From positions 768,001 to 832,000 of the forward strand of contig CAWGMQ010000006.1 in assembly GCA_963823665.1 (NCBI GenBank): DNA of 64,000 nt. Reading direction: 5' to 3'. This document shows positions 32,782 through 44,097 of the stretch, piece after piece. The notes below the pieces were generated by a model. It was not told the DNA's origin and did not search any database. It worked only from the letters and a program-made list of their open reading frames with translations. Position numbers and translations under genes: made by a program. Source of the DNA: an uncultured Planctomycetota bacterium (GTDB taxonomy: Bacteria; Planctomycetota; Planctomycetia; Isosphaerales; Isosphaeraceae). Each line of letters starts with the position of its first letter. Position 1 is the stretch's first letter.

Positions 32782-34660
32782 TCAATTCTCGGATGAATCG
32801 TAGTGAAGATTATAGAGTTCGGCGATGTGGCCGTCGCTCACCACCTTGACACCGCCGCTGAACGTTGCGTGCACGCGATAGGTGACCGGAGCGTGCTGGC
32901 GGCGAGGGAGTTCATCGACGATGATGCGGAGGCCTTGGGCCTCGAAATACCCATCTGCGTTTTTGCCGCCGTCGGGTTTGACCGTGCTCCGCGTGCCTTC
33001 GGTGGCGAGCCGTGCAAGCCTTACATCGCCTGTGAATTCAATAAAGCTCCGGGCAAGCTCGGCCTCATTCTCGAAACTCCAAGTCGTCTTCATGCCAGTG
33101 TTAAACGAAATCTCGGACTGCTCGAACGGTGGAATCCCGCCGTTGCCCGAATCTGACGCTTTTGGGAAGGGCACGTTCAGTTGAAACTGGCCCTTGCCAG
33201 AAACTCGATAATCGCCCGTCTTGCAATCGTACGACAGCGTCTCATCGGCAAACAGTCGTTGTCGATTTCCCATTGCTTTTGAATCAGGATCAACCACGTG
33301 CGCGACGACAACGACTTTTCGAGAGGCATCGATCCCGGCGATTTTTGTCCGCGGACGCCGAGCGATGGTGTCACTCGCCGGCGCTTTCATCGCGAGCTGA
33401 ATTCGCTCGAGCGGCACCGGATCCGTGGTGCGCACGATCATCGACTCTTCACAGGAAATCGAATCGTCGCCACACTGCGCGGTGACCTTGCCCTGAAGGC
33501 GGGCCTCGCAAACAGGCTGGCCGCCGGCGCCGATGGTTCGAGCGAGGAGCTGCATTCTCTGTGTCCACGAGATCTTCAATAACACGGACTCCTGCGCGCG
33601 ACCCCTTGGGCGAATCCTCGAGCTTGCCCGACAAGAACTCGCGCTCGACCCAGAGAGACATCGTGCCCGGTCCATCGACCAGCACTTGATTATCCTTCGC
33701 TTTCGTCTGAATCGAGTCGGCCACGATCAAGATTTCGTGAGATGGCTCGCGGATTGGATCGGCAAGGAATGTCTTTGCGGGTACTTCGGACGTGGGCTGG
33801 ACCTGGGCTTGCAGGCCGGCAAACGTGACGCCGGCGATGGCCACAAGGGTCGCCGCCATGAATCGCATGAAACGGGTCATAGACAGCATCGTGAGGGCTC
33901 CTTCCGCCATTCTCAGGACAGACGGGGTGAGTACCGTCGTTACAGACACGCGGTTTGAGAACGCAATTGCGGCGCGAGTCGTGGCGTCGAGCAGCGGCAG
34001 CGGGATGGCGTGCCCAGTTGAGCAAGATTCGGAGCTTCGGCCCGTCAGGGAGCTCGCATCGAAATCGGCCGAAAGACGCTGCCGCAACAGATCGCGTGCT
34101 TTGACCAGACGGCCGCGGACGGTGGCTTCGGGTATTCCGAGCGTCGCGGCGGCTGACTTGTAGCTCATTCGCTCGAAGTAACAGAGGACGATTGGCGCCC
34201 GAAGCTGCTCAGGTAGCCGGTCGACCGCCTCGCGCAACGGCTCGTTGATCTCGAAACGCGTCGTGGCCGGGTCGAAGATGACCGGCACCGCCGATCGCCG
34301 TTCGTGGAACCGCCGGCGGATCGCGGCGGTCCTGGCCTTCATGGCGATGCGGCGGGCGACGCCCAGGAGCCAGGGACCGACGGAGTCTCGCGGGTGCAGT
34401 GATCCGGCTCGGCGAGCGAGGACCAGGAATGTTGCCTGGAAAGCGTCGTCAGCCTCGCCGCGATCGCCGAGCAACCCCCGACAGATGCGCAGAACCGATG
34501 GGCCGTGGCGCAGGATCAGGGTTTCGAACGCGAGATCAGCGTCGCTTCGGTGAAGGCAGAAATGCTCGAGGATCTGGGCATCGGTAAGGTGGCCGAGTGC
34601 CCCGCGAGCCAGAAGGCCCTGGACCTGACCGATCACTTGCCGGGATTTCATGCCGACCAT
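32782..34660 (-). CDS. ECF sigma-70 factor with a TM helix and a beta-rich C-terminal extension; frameshift near 33598
   Basis: TDAQILEHF..AFETLILRHGP.VL..C..ADDAFQATFLVLARRA, region 4 and a TM; the reading continues in ORF 32782..33675 (QESVLLKISWTQRM...). Confidence 0.8.
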
Positions 34661-34939
34661 GGCTGTGGCCCTCGTGGATCCATCCGCGCTTCCGTTCTGC
34701 TATCTATTGCCCGGCGACCAGTTGATCGTCAGCGCTTTTCCTGAGGATCTTAGAGAATCGGCGTCAGAATGGCCAGCATGGCGCGTTTTGTGATGCCACA
34801 TGTGTGATTGCGGGGTTGGCATTGGGACCGTAGGCTATATCTCGCGTGAGCGATCGACGATCGCAAGAGCCGGGAGTGAACGCACGTATTCGGCATCGCG
34901 TTGTCGAGATCAGCGATCTGTGGGAAGGAGTTCGACCAT

Positions 34940-37900
34940 ATGAGGGCGCCGACGGTACCGGTTCGGTCTTTGAATCGCTCTCTGCCGAAGCCGATCGGAG
35001 AGATGCTGGGCGGGCTCGACCGGCGGGTGCTGGTGGCGTCGCTGCGCGCGGGCTCGGGACGACAGCCCTGGTCGCCTCCATTGCGGCGGCGCTGGGGATG
35101 GCCGCGGATTTCCTGTGGGTGCTACCTCCGGCACTACGCTGGGCAAACTTCAGCGCGTTGATTACGGCGGTGGTGATCGCATTTAGCGTGACGGTCGTCC
35201 TGGCGATTCTGCGGCGCCCCGGTGCGTTCGACCTGGCCGCCGTTGCCGAACGGGCGCATCCCGGCGTTGGGGAGCTTTTGACGGGCGCCGTCGATTTGCT
35301 CGGGGGCAAGGCGCCGTCGCACGGATCACCGAAGCTGATTGCAGCGGTCGCCGATCGGGCGGCCGAGCGCGTCGAAGCGGTCGAGCCGTCGCGCGTGATT
35401 CCCTGGCGAAAGGCGGGCCGCCGGCTGGCGATCGGGCTCGGCGCGCTCTGGGTGCTAGCGGCCCCGATTTTCGTGTGGCCGGAGACGTACGGACGGCTCG
35501 CGCGGCATTTTCTGATGCCCTGGGGCGATGTCGAGCGGCCGGGCCGGCACGTGCTTGAGGTGTCGCCGGGCGATTGTGCCCTGCCGGTGGGGGCAGATCT
35601 TACGGTCTCGGCGTCGGTTCGCTCGCGGCTCGCCGTCGATCCGTCGCCAGGCGAAGCCTGGCTTCTTTGGTCTGCCGTGGGCGAGCGCACGAGCCACCGC
35701 GTGGCGATGCCCGCGGCGGCCGAACGGGAATCGCCGGCGGGCTCGACTTCCCATCGAGAAGGGCGTCATTTCGAGATCGCGATTCCACGATTGGCCCGTT
35801 CGATTACTTATCATGTCGAAAGCGGATCGGTGAAGAGCCCGCGCTACACGGTGAGCGTGGTCGAGCCGCCTGCTATCGCGGAGATCCAGGCGCGGGTCGA
35901 GCCGCCGGCCTACACCAAGCGGCCCGCGGCGCGAGCGGCCGACCCGACCCGGATCGAGGCGTTCGAGGGGAGCCGGGTGACGTTCGAGATCAAAGCGAGC
36001 CGGGCGGTGCGATCGATCGAGGTCGAGTGGCCGGTCGGAACAGGCGAGGGTGAATCGGCGAAGGCCGAGAAGATGGCGGCGGACGTCGAGAGCGACGAGC
36101 GCAACGGGTCGCTTGCGGTCGAGGCGACTCGCTCGGGTCCTTACGCGGTGTCGCTGTGCGATGAGCTGGGAATCAAGAGTCGTGCCGATCTGCCGCGGCG
36201 CGTGATCGTGCGCGCCGATGCGCCGCCGGTCGTCGCGGTGCGCGGGCCGGAAGATGCGAGCGAAGCGAGCCCGAAGGATACGCTCGGCCTGGCGATCGCC
36301 GCGCGGGATGACGTTGCGGTCGCCTCGGTGGAGCTGCATTACACGATCGAGAAAAGGGATTCGGCGTCGGGCGAAGGCGAGACCGGGCACATCGAAGTGG
36401 CGCTGCCGGGCCTGGGCTCGCGATCGGCGCGGGGGAGCGCGGCACTTGCCCTGGGACCGCTGGCCGTGAAGCCGGGGGATTCGGTGTCGTATCGCGTGAG
36501 GGTGGCGGACAACCGCCCTGCCCCGCGGGGGCCGAATGTCGTCTGGTCGCCCGTGCAAACGCTCTCGATCGTAGCCTCGGCCGAGCCGCTGCGCGTGCGA
36601 GCGAGCCGGGCCAGGGCAGCGGGATTGCACACCAGGCTTGAATCGCTGAAGAAAGATGTGGCGGCCGACCGTCAGCAGACGGAATTGCTTCGACAGGAGG
36701 CCGATGCCGTGCGGCGTGGGGATGACGAGTGGGACGACGAGCACCGGGCAGCTCTGGCGGAACGAGAGGCGGCCACGCGCACGATTGAAGATCAGGTCAA
36801 GCTGCTCTCGCGCGACCTCGATCAGGGCGCCGGGATGCGCGAGCTTTCACGCGAGGCGCATCAGGTTGCCGCCGTGGAAGCGGAGGCAGCACGCGCGGGA
36901 ATCGAGCAAGCCGGCCGCGAGGCTGACGCGGCCGCGCGGCATGCGAGCCTCGAGCAGGCCGTGGGGCGGCTGGCGGCACTGGGCGAGCGTCTTGAGGAGT
37001 TGACACGCAAGGCCGATGCGAAGGCGCGAGAAGCGGCCGAGATGAACCGCCTGGACGAGCTGGCCAAGCGCGAGGAGGATCTGGCCGCCGCGGCGCAAGA
37101 GACGAACGGCGACCGTGCCTCGAGGGACCGCGTCGAAGCCGAGCAACAGGCGGTACGAAACGAGCTGGACGCACTGCTGCGCACGACGCCCGCCTTGCGG
37201 GGCCTGGTCCTGGGCGGAGAGCTCCGCAAGGCCGAGCGACTGGCGGGCCGGGTGCGCGAACTGGCCGAGCAAGAACGCGAGGAAGCACGACGGACCGCCG
37301 AGCCTTCGAAGCAAGCGGCCCGGCTCAAGGAGCTGGCGGAGCTGCAGCGAGAGCTGGAAAACGATGCGCGCAAGCTGGGTGTCTCCGTGGCCCATGCACT
37401 GACGGAAAACGGACGCGGCCGGTTCAGCACGGAGAGAATCCAGCAGCCGATCGAGCCGATCGAGCGCGGAGAGATGGACGCGGGCCGCGAGCGACTGGAG
37501 CTCGCCGAGCTCGATCTGCGCCGATTCGCTCGAGAGATCGCGGACGTGCCCGACGATCCCAAGGCGCTGGCTATCCGGCTCTTCCGCCGCCAGGATGTGC
37601 TCAACCGCGACATCGACCGGGCGCTGCAATCGGTGGCGGGAAGGCAGTTGACCGATGAAGACAAAAGAGCGCTCGCCGCGCGGCTGAAGCCTCTCGAGGC
37701 GCGCCAGCGTGCGATCGCCGAGCTGGCAAGGACGATCAAGCCTCCGGACGGCAAGGAGGGCCAGGCGCATTTTCCGCACGATGCGGCGCGCGATGCGGCC
37801 GCGAAGACGGTGCGCGCGGCCGAGACTCTCCCGTCCCAGAAAACGCAGGAAATCACCGACCGCAAGAATGACGCCCGCCAGGCGCTCGAGCGGCTGGCGA

Positions 37901-39663
37901 ACGAGATGCAGGATTCGTGGCGGCGGCAGGAGCCGACGCGCCAGCGATTCGCGGACGCGCGCAGGCAGTCGAATGAAGTTGCCGAGGAGATCGCGCGGAA
38001 TATGCGCGAGACCGACCCACGCCCGGACCGGCCGGCGACGACCGCAGGCGCGGCGGCGGAGCTTGCCGCACGCCTGAACGGCACGGCCGATAAGCAAGCG
38101 CAGGCGGTCGCTGCGCTCGAAGCCATGGAGCCCGAGCCGCGCGCGGTGCCGCAGCAGCAGCGGGCGCTGCGACGCGCGCAGAAGCTCGCGGCAGTTTTGC
38201 GCGATCTTCGTGACGCAGGCAAGCGCGAGCAGGCGCGCGCATTGCTTCGAGCCACGGAGCTCGAAGCGCACGTCGCGATGGACCGGCTGGAGCTGAAGCT
38301 CAGCGGGCAAACGCCCGCGGACGACCTCGCACAGGAACTGGCCGACGACGCGCGGGCGACGAAGGATTCCCTTGCCGCCGCAAAAGTCGCGCCCGATAAA
38401 GCGGCACGGGCCCGCGCGGCCGAAGCTGAGCGCTCGCTGGCCGCTGCCATCCGGAACGTGGCGGCTCCGGACGCGGCAGCCGCGAAGGAGGAGGCGGTGC
38501 GTCTGGCAGAGCGAGCAGCAAACGTGCTCGAAGGAGGGGATGGGAACGCGGACGCCCCCGCGGGCGCGGCCACTGCGATGCAAGAGTCGGCCGCTGCCGC
38601 ACAGGCACTGGCCGATCAGTTGGCCGACAGGCCGCAGGCGTTAGCGAAGGCATCCTCGTCGCCTGCCGGAGTCGAGAAGGCCAAAGCGCCAGTTGCGCCG
38701 AAGCCGTCGCGCATCCCTGACCCGGAGCTTGCGATCAAGCCGGAGCACGCCGATCGCGCCGGAGAGCTCGCGCGCCGGCAGCGTCGGATCAAGGAGCGTT
38801 TCCAGGCAATCCTGGGCGAGCGAGCGGGACCGCAACAGACGATTCGAAAGGAAGCCGTTGCGCTGGGCCAGGAGCTCAAGGAATTGCATGAGCGCGTGCA
38901 GAACTTGAGCGGCCGGGCGGCGTATCTGGCGCAGGAGGCCGCCAACCACGTGGGCGTCCATACGCCATCGGCCGTGGATCAGGCGGTCAACAACCTGGCC
39001 GGAGGGCGGGCGCACGCGGCCCGTGATGACGAGCGGCGGGCCGCGGCCGTGCTGGGTCGAGGCGCGGAGCTGGCCGAGGACGCGGTGGCTGCGCTGCGAT
39101 CGGAAATGGTTGATGGCCAGGGTGCGATTGCTCCGGATGGCGCCCGCGAGCAGGGGCAGGCAGCGGAGGCGCTTGGCGACGCTCGCGACCAGATGCACAA
39201 GGCTGCGCAGGAGCTGGAGGAAGCGCGGCGCGACCCGGCGCGAACGGGCGAGGCGGGAGCAGAAGCCCGCCAGGCGATGCACAGGGCCGCACGCGATCTG
39301 CTGGCGGCCGCCGAGCTGACGGCCGCGGCCCCGGCACCGGAACCCGCCGGAATAGACGACGGCGGCGGCGAGCACGCGGCCGAGGGGGATGAGGAGGCCG
39401 GTCTTCCGGCTTCGCCGGCCGCGGGGACCACACCTGATCCCAGGAGCGCACCCGGCGCCAAGGGTGAAGCCAACCTGACGGAGCTCAAGACGCTCATCAG
39501 GCAGAAGACCGGCCGCGCGTGGGGCGAGCTGCCCGGCCACCTGCGCAACGAGATCCTGCAAATGCAGGCCGGGCGGTATCGCGACGATTATGCGCGGATC
39601 ATTCAGCTCTACTTCCGGGAGATAGCGGCCGAGGCGGGCGCGCGCGAGAATGTGAAACCATGA
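34940..39663 (+). CDS. Very large membrane-anchored coiled-coil protein (DUF4175-like); frameshift near 35044
   Basis: RBS GGAAGGAG and ATG 34940 (MRAPTV..LGGLDRRVLVASL) joins ARGLGTT.. after adding 1 nt. TM helices, EPPAYT and D.PP.V/ARDD Ig-like part, a long Ala/Glu/Arg helical region, and C-terminal WGELP..LR......Y...I..YFR.IA. Confidence 0.8.
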
Positions 39664-40748
39664 TGTTTGAAAGGCGCGTTCATTTGAGAAGATTGCTGGT
39701 GTTCGCCGTGGTCTTCTCGCTCGAGGTACATGGGCTGGCTCCCCTGCGCGGAGATGACGGCGTGAAGACGGCGTCCGCGCGGCGAGATCCGCGCCAAGCG
39801 GATGCGGCGATCAAGAAGGCGCTCGAGTACTTGAAGACGCACCAGCAAGCCGACGGGGCCTGGGTCTCGGGGAGTTTTGGGCCGATGGCGTCGGTGACCT
39901 CGCTGGCGGTCATGGCGTTTCTTGCCGCGGGGCATGTGCCTGGGGAGCCGGGGCCCTATCGCGAGTCGATCGAGAAGGGCATCCGGTATGTTCTGGCGCA
40001 CCAGCACCCGAACGGGCTGTTGCTCGCACAGACGAGCCATGGGCCGATGTACTGCCATGGCATCAGCACGCTCATGCTTGCCGAAGTCGCGGGGATGACG
40101 CCGGACCCGGAGCTGTCGCGCCGCGTCCAGACGGCGCTCGGGCGCGCGGTGAAGCTGATCCTGGTCGCGCAGAACATTCCCAAGGCGCCCGATCAGGCCG
40201 GCGGCTGGCGCTATCAGTGGAACTCGGGCGACAGCGACATCAGCGTGACCGGCTGGCAGCTAATGGCGCTCCGGGCCGCGAAGTCGGCGGGGTGTGAGGT
40301 GCCCTCGTCCAGCATCGACAAAGCGATTGCGTACTTGAAACGATGCGCGTTCAAGCATGGCGGAGGGTTCGGCTATCAACCGGGCGGTGGCCCGAACAAT
40401 GCCCGCACCGGCACGGGAATCCTGGCACTTGAGATCTGCGGAGAGCACCTGACCGCTGAAGCCTCGGCCGGCGCGGAGTATTTGCTCAAGCATCCGCCGC
40501 AGTGGTCGGGGCAGTACTTCTTCTATGAGGTTTATTACTGTCCGATCGCGATGTTTCAGATGGGAGACAAGTATTACCTTCCTTATCAATCGAACCTCAC
40601 CGCGCTCTTGCTCGAGCACCAGCAGGCGGATGGGAGCTGGCTCTCGGATGACGGCAATGACCGGATCGGCGGCCGGAATTACTGCACGGCGATGGCGGTG
40701 CTGGCGCTCACGGTTGAGTATCGGTATTTGCCGATTTATCAGAGATAA
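39660..40748 (+). CDS. Prenyltransferase/squalene-oxidase repeat protein (exported)
   Basis: Signal-like N-terminus and repeated QW-type motifs (YL..HQQADGAW, GGWRY, DISVTGWQLMALRAA, GGFGY, QQADGSW). Confidence 0.9.
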   Translation: MMFERRVHLRRLLVFAVVFSLEVHGLAPLRGDDGVKTASARRDPRQADAAIKKALEYLKTHQQADGAWVSGSFGPMASVTSLAVMAFLAAGHVPGEPGPYRESIEKGIRYVLAHQHPNGLLLAQTSHGPMYCHGISTLMLAEVAGMTPDPELSRRVQTALGRAVKLILVAQNIPKAPDQAGGWRYQWNSGDSDISVTGWQLMALRAAKSAGCEVPSSSIDKAIAYLKRCAFKHGGGFGYQPGGGPNNARTGTGILALEICGEHLTAEASAGAEYLLKHPPQWSGQYFFYEVYYCPIAMFQMGDKYYLPYQSNLTALLLEHQQADGSWLSDDGNDRIGGRNYCTAMAVLALTVEYRYLPIYQR

Positions 40749-40756
40749 TTATTGGA

Positions 40757-40789
40757 TGTCAGTTGGCATCTGTCACTTGTCAGTTGCTA
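40757..40789. repeat. Heptamer tandem repeat (TGTCAGT-like), about 4.5 copies
   Basis: tgtcagt tggcatc tgtcact tgtcagt tgcta just after the stop codon. Confidence 0.6.
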
Positions 40790-40891
40790 ATTCGATCCTG
40801 CGAGCTTGATCCTATCTATGCGGCTGCTGCGAAGGGATAATCGAGCAGTAACTTCCGGATGCGATGCGGCCAGTATTGGGAGGATGACGTC

Positions 40892-42904
40892 ATGGCGCGA
40901 TTCTGCACTGTCACCGACTGCGGTCGTGTGGTCGTCGGAACTGGTCGGGCCAGGCTTCGGGTGGCTTGCAAGATCGGCTTGGGCGTGACAGCGGGCACGG
41001 TGATGGTGCTGGCTTGCGTGTGGCTGGTTCACGGGACGCCGGCGAGCGCAGGGCAAACGGGAGAAGTTGCGCGGGCGGCTGATGACGCGCAGTTGGTGCC
41101 GCCGGAGGTCGCCGGGTTTCTGGCCGGGGTCGAGCGACGGCACAGGGACAGCCTGGCGACCTTGACTCGACTCGCGCGTCCCCTGCTGGATCGCGTCAAG
41201 GAACCGTCGGCCATTCGGGATTCCCTGACAAAGCAGCAGGTCGTCGTTGCATCTGCCCGCTCGAATGCTGCTACTGCAACGCTAGTCCGGGAGATCGCCG
41301 AGATCGCGGTGAGAGAGTATGAGGAGGGAATATTCAAGCAAGACGAAGCGACCGCGCAGGGAGATGTCGTGCTCGCCGAGGGGGAGTTGGGGAGGGCCAC
41401 GGACCGGAACGAGTTTGCGAAGCAGCATGCCGGCGAATTTCGGGCCAAGGCCAAGGTTATCCTGGACGAAGCCGCCTTCAAGATGCTGGCGGATGTGATT
41501 GGCGCGGAGCTCGAGCAGAAGAGAGCGGCGCATGCCGTGGAACGCGTCCAGGCGAAGCTGAAGCGATTGAGGGAGTACGAGAAACCTCGCCGGATCAAGG
41601 AGCTGCGCCGCGATGTGGAGAAAGCGAGGTCAGCCGAGCTCGCGGGCAAGGGGGCACTCACGCTGGAGCAGGCGAAGGAGAACAGGATTCTGGCGCAGAC
41701 GAATCGACCGGGATTGAGCGAGAGGGAACGGCAACTGCTGGCGACGCTGGCGCAGTGCGGTCAGCTGGAATTGAAGCTCGCAGCGTATGTGAAAACGATG
41801 GCGAGCGGCCGCGATACCGGTGAGAAGACCCGGAAGACGATCGAGCTGGGAGCGCATGAGCTGGAGATCTTGGTCGCGCGAGCCGGAGACGCTGCCGGCG
41901 AGATCGAGGCAACGGAGCTGAAGAAGAGCGTCGATCGAGAGGCGAGTCGATTTCTTGCGGTTGAGCAACCCTCGGGCGCCGCGGGAACGCAGCCGGGCCC
42001 GGACAGGAAGGCTGTCCTTCCCGCGGAGATTGGTGCGTTCGTCACGCAAATCATGACGGACCTGAAGGCGATCCAGGCGAGAATGAAAGGCATTGCGGAA
42101 CCGATCTTTGCCAGTATCCAGGCGCAGGCGGCCAGGGTGGACGATCCGATCGCGCAGGCCAGCGTCATCCAGGTCGCGCGGGCCGATCTCGCGGTCGCAA
42201 CGCTCGACCGGGAAATCGCCGAAACGGCTCTGGCCGAGTATGAGCAGTTGGTCGCGAAAGACGAGGGAGCGGCCGCCCAAGGCGCGATCAAGCTGGCCGA
42301 GCTAGACCTGGCGCGTGCCAAGGAACTCAATCAACTGGCACAGGAACGTGCGCGTGACACGGATGAAGCGTGGAAGAAGACTCCCAAGAAGGCCGTTGAC
42401 GACCGGGAATTCCGCGAGCGTGCACTCGCGCTCTCGGCGAAGCTCGAAGAGACCAAGACCCGCTTGGCTCTCGAACAAGCTCGTTCGAAGCTGACGATCT
42501 GGACTGAATTCGAGCGCCCCAAGCGCGAGAAAGAGCTGAAGAGGGAATTCGAGCGGGCTCGCGCGGGCGAGAGCGTAAAGCAGGCAGTCTTACTGCAACA
42601 AGAGGCGAAACTCAAGAAGATGCAGGAACGCGGCACGAAACCCGAGCTGACCCCGCTCGAGCGGCGGCTGCTCGCTCAGCTCGAAGGAGCCGTTCGTCTG
42701 GACGATTCGATCCGAGGCGAGCTCAACGCGCTTTCGAGCCTCGGGAAACCGGACGGGGCCCGGCGGAGGGCGCTCGAGGATCGGGTCAATCAGCTGGACG
42801 TCCTGATTGGCGAGGCTGAAGAGGAAGCGAGCGAAGGGAGCCGCAAATCGCTCCTCAAGGAGCTTCTTCGGGCCGGCGCTCTTCACCCCGCCTCGAATGG
42901 ATGA
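40892..42904 (+). CDS. Membrane-anchored helical protein with two copies of an MFP-hairpin-like domain
   Basis: TM helix; REIAEIAVREYEEG...LREYEKPRRIKEL...VEKARS.EL, with a second copy in the C-terminal half. Confidence 0.75.
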   Translation: MARFCTVTDCGRVVVGTGRARLRVACKIGLGVTAGTVMVLACVWLVHGTPASAGQTGEVARAADDAQLVPPEVAGFLAGVERRHRDSLATLTRLARPLLDRVKEPSAIRDSLTKQQVVVASARSNAATATLVREIAEIAVREYEEGIFKQDEATAQGDVVLAEGELGRATDRNEFAKQHAGEFRAKAKVILDEAAFKMLADVIGAELEQKRAAHAVERVQAKLKRLREYEKPRRIKELRRDVEKARSAELAGKGALTLEQAKENRILAQTNRPGLSERERQLLATLAQCGQLELKLAAYVKTMASGRDTGEKTRKTIELGAHELEILVARAGDAAGEIEATELKKSVDREASRFLAVEQPSGAAGTQPGPDRKAVLPAEIGAFVTQIMTDLKAIQARMKGIAEPIFASIQAQAARVDDPIAQASVIQVARADLAVATLDREIAETALAEYEQLVAKDEGAAAQGAIKLAELDLARAKELNQLAQERARDTDEAWKKTPKKAVDDREFRERALALSAKLEETKTRLALEQARSKLTIWTEFERPKREKELKREFERARAGESVKQAVLLQQEAKLKKMQERGTKPELTPLERRLLAQLEGAVRLDDSIRGELNALSSLGKPDGARRRALEDRVNQLDVLIGEAEEEASEGSRKSLLKELLRAGALHPASNG

Positions 42905-42950
42905 TCACGTCACTTCAAAACACGACGGTTTTATTCACAAGGACTCTCCC

Positions 42951-44039
42951 ATGATCTGGAATTGCAGGCCTCTGGCGCGGAAACGTCGCGGTCCTGGTCG
43001 GGCCGCGGGCGAGCGATTGGCTTCTGGGCTGGCGCGGCTTCCCTTGGCGGCGACTGTGGCGGTGGCGGTGCTCGTTGCGTGGGTGGGCCGTCCGGCGACG
43101 GCGCGTGCCCTCTCCCCGGCTTCCGATCAGCAGGCCGGCGCTGCCGAGAAGAATGCTGGGTCCGCCGAACGGGACCGGTTTATCGCGGAGGTCGGGCGGC
43201 GGCTCAAAGGGTGTCATGAGCGGATCGCGGCGCTCGGGGAATCGGTGATCGCCGAGATCGACAATCAATCGCGCGCATCGAAGGAAGCCATGAATCCGGA
43301 GATCGGCGTCCGTAGCGCTGATGCGCAGTACCAGCAAGCGAAGTTGGCGCGTGAAGTTGCGGAGATCGCCGTTCTCGAATATGAGCAAGGGATTTACCCA
43401 CAGGATGAGGCGACTGTCAAAGGAGAGATCAAACTCGCCGAGACGGAGTTGAAACGGGCGCTTGATCGGATTGACCTGGTGAAGGAACGGCTCACGAAGA
43501 TCAAGGGAGCGTCCAAGGGGTCTGCAGCGGATGTCGCGCTCGAGTATGCTTACGAAGACAGGATCACCGAAGGGGAGCTGGCACTTCGCCGCGCCAGATT
43601 TGCGCTCGAGGTTGCGGCGTCAAAGCTGAAGGTCTTGCAGGACTATACCAAGGACAAGACCACCAAGGAGCTGAAGTCGGCGGTCGAAAAAGCAGGCTCG
43701 GTCGAACTGGGGAAAAAGGCTGAATGGTCGCTTGCGGTGGCGAAGCTCAAGCGGATCGAAGCGGCAGGAAAAAAGCCAGGCGCCAAGGAATCCCCAGGCG
43801 AGCGCCTTTCCATACTCGACCGGGCGTTCTCGCTCGATGAGAAGATCAGGGCGGAGCTGGCGCTGCTCCAGAAGAACACGGAACTTGACGCGGCCCGTGG
43901 CAAGGCCGCGCGAGACCTGACGGGTCAGCTCGAGGGGCTGATCGCGAAAGCAGAAGCCGATCAGGCCGCCGCCCGGGTGGATCGGCTCAAGACGGCGATC
44001 CGCGAGGCGGCCGCTCGATATGGCCGTTCCAGGCCGTGA
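42951..44039 (+). CDS. Membrane-anchored helical protein, MFP-hairpin-like paralog
   Basis: AKLAREVAEIAVLEYEQGIYPQD...KLKVLQDYTKDKTTKELKSAVEKA. Confidence 0.75.
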   Translation: MIWNCRPLARKRRGPGRAAGERLASGLARLPLAATVAVAVLVAWVGRPATARALSPASDQQAGAAEKNAGSAERDRFIAEVGRRLKGCHERIAALGESVIAEIDNQSRASKEAMNPEIGVRSADAQYQQAKLAREVAEIAVLEYEQGIYPQDEATVKGEIKLAETELKRALDRIDLVKERLTKIKGASKGSAADVALEYAYEDRITEGELALRRARFALEVAASKLKVLQDYTKDKTTKELKSAVEKAGSVELGKKAEWSLAVAKLKRIEAAGKKPGAKESPGERLSILDRAFSLDEKIRAELALLQKNTELDAARGKAARDLTGQLEGLIAKAEADQAAARVDRLKTAIREAAARYGRSRP

Positions 44040-44097
44040 ATCGAGGTCTTCGAGAGATCGTGGAATGAATCTTCGCTCTGGGCTCGAGGAGGTCACG

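Noticed and set aside
36847..38583. Long antisense ORFs (578 and 570 aa) and similar shadow ORFs throughout
   Set aside because: They mirror real genes on the opposite strand, as expected from high-GC codon bias, and carry no protein motifs.
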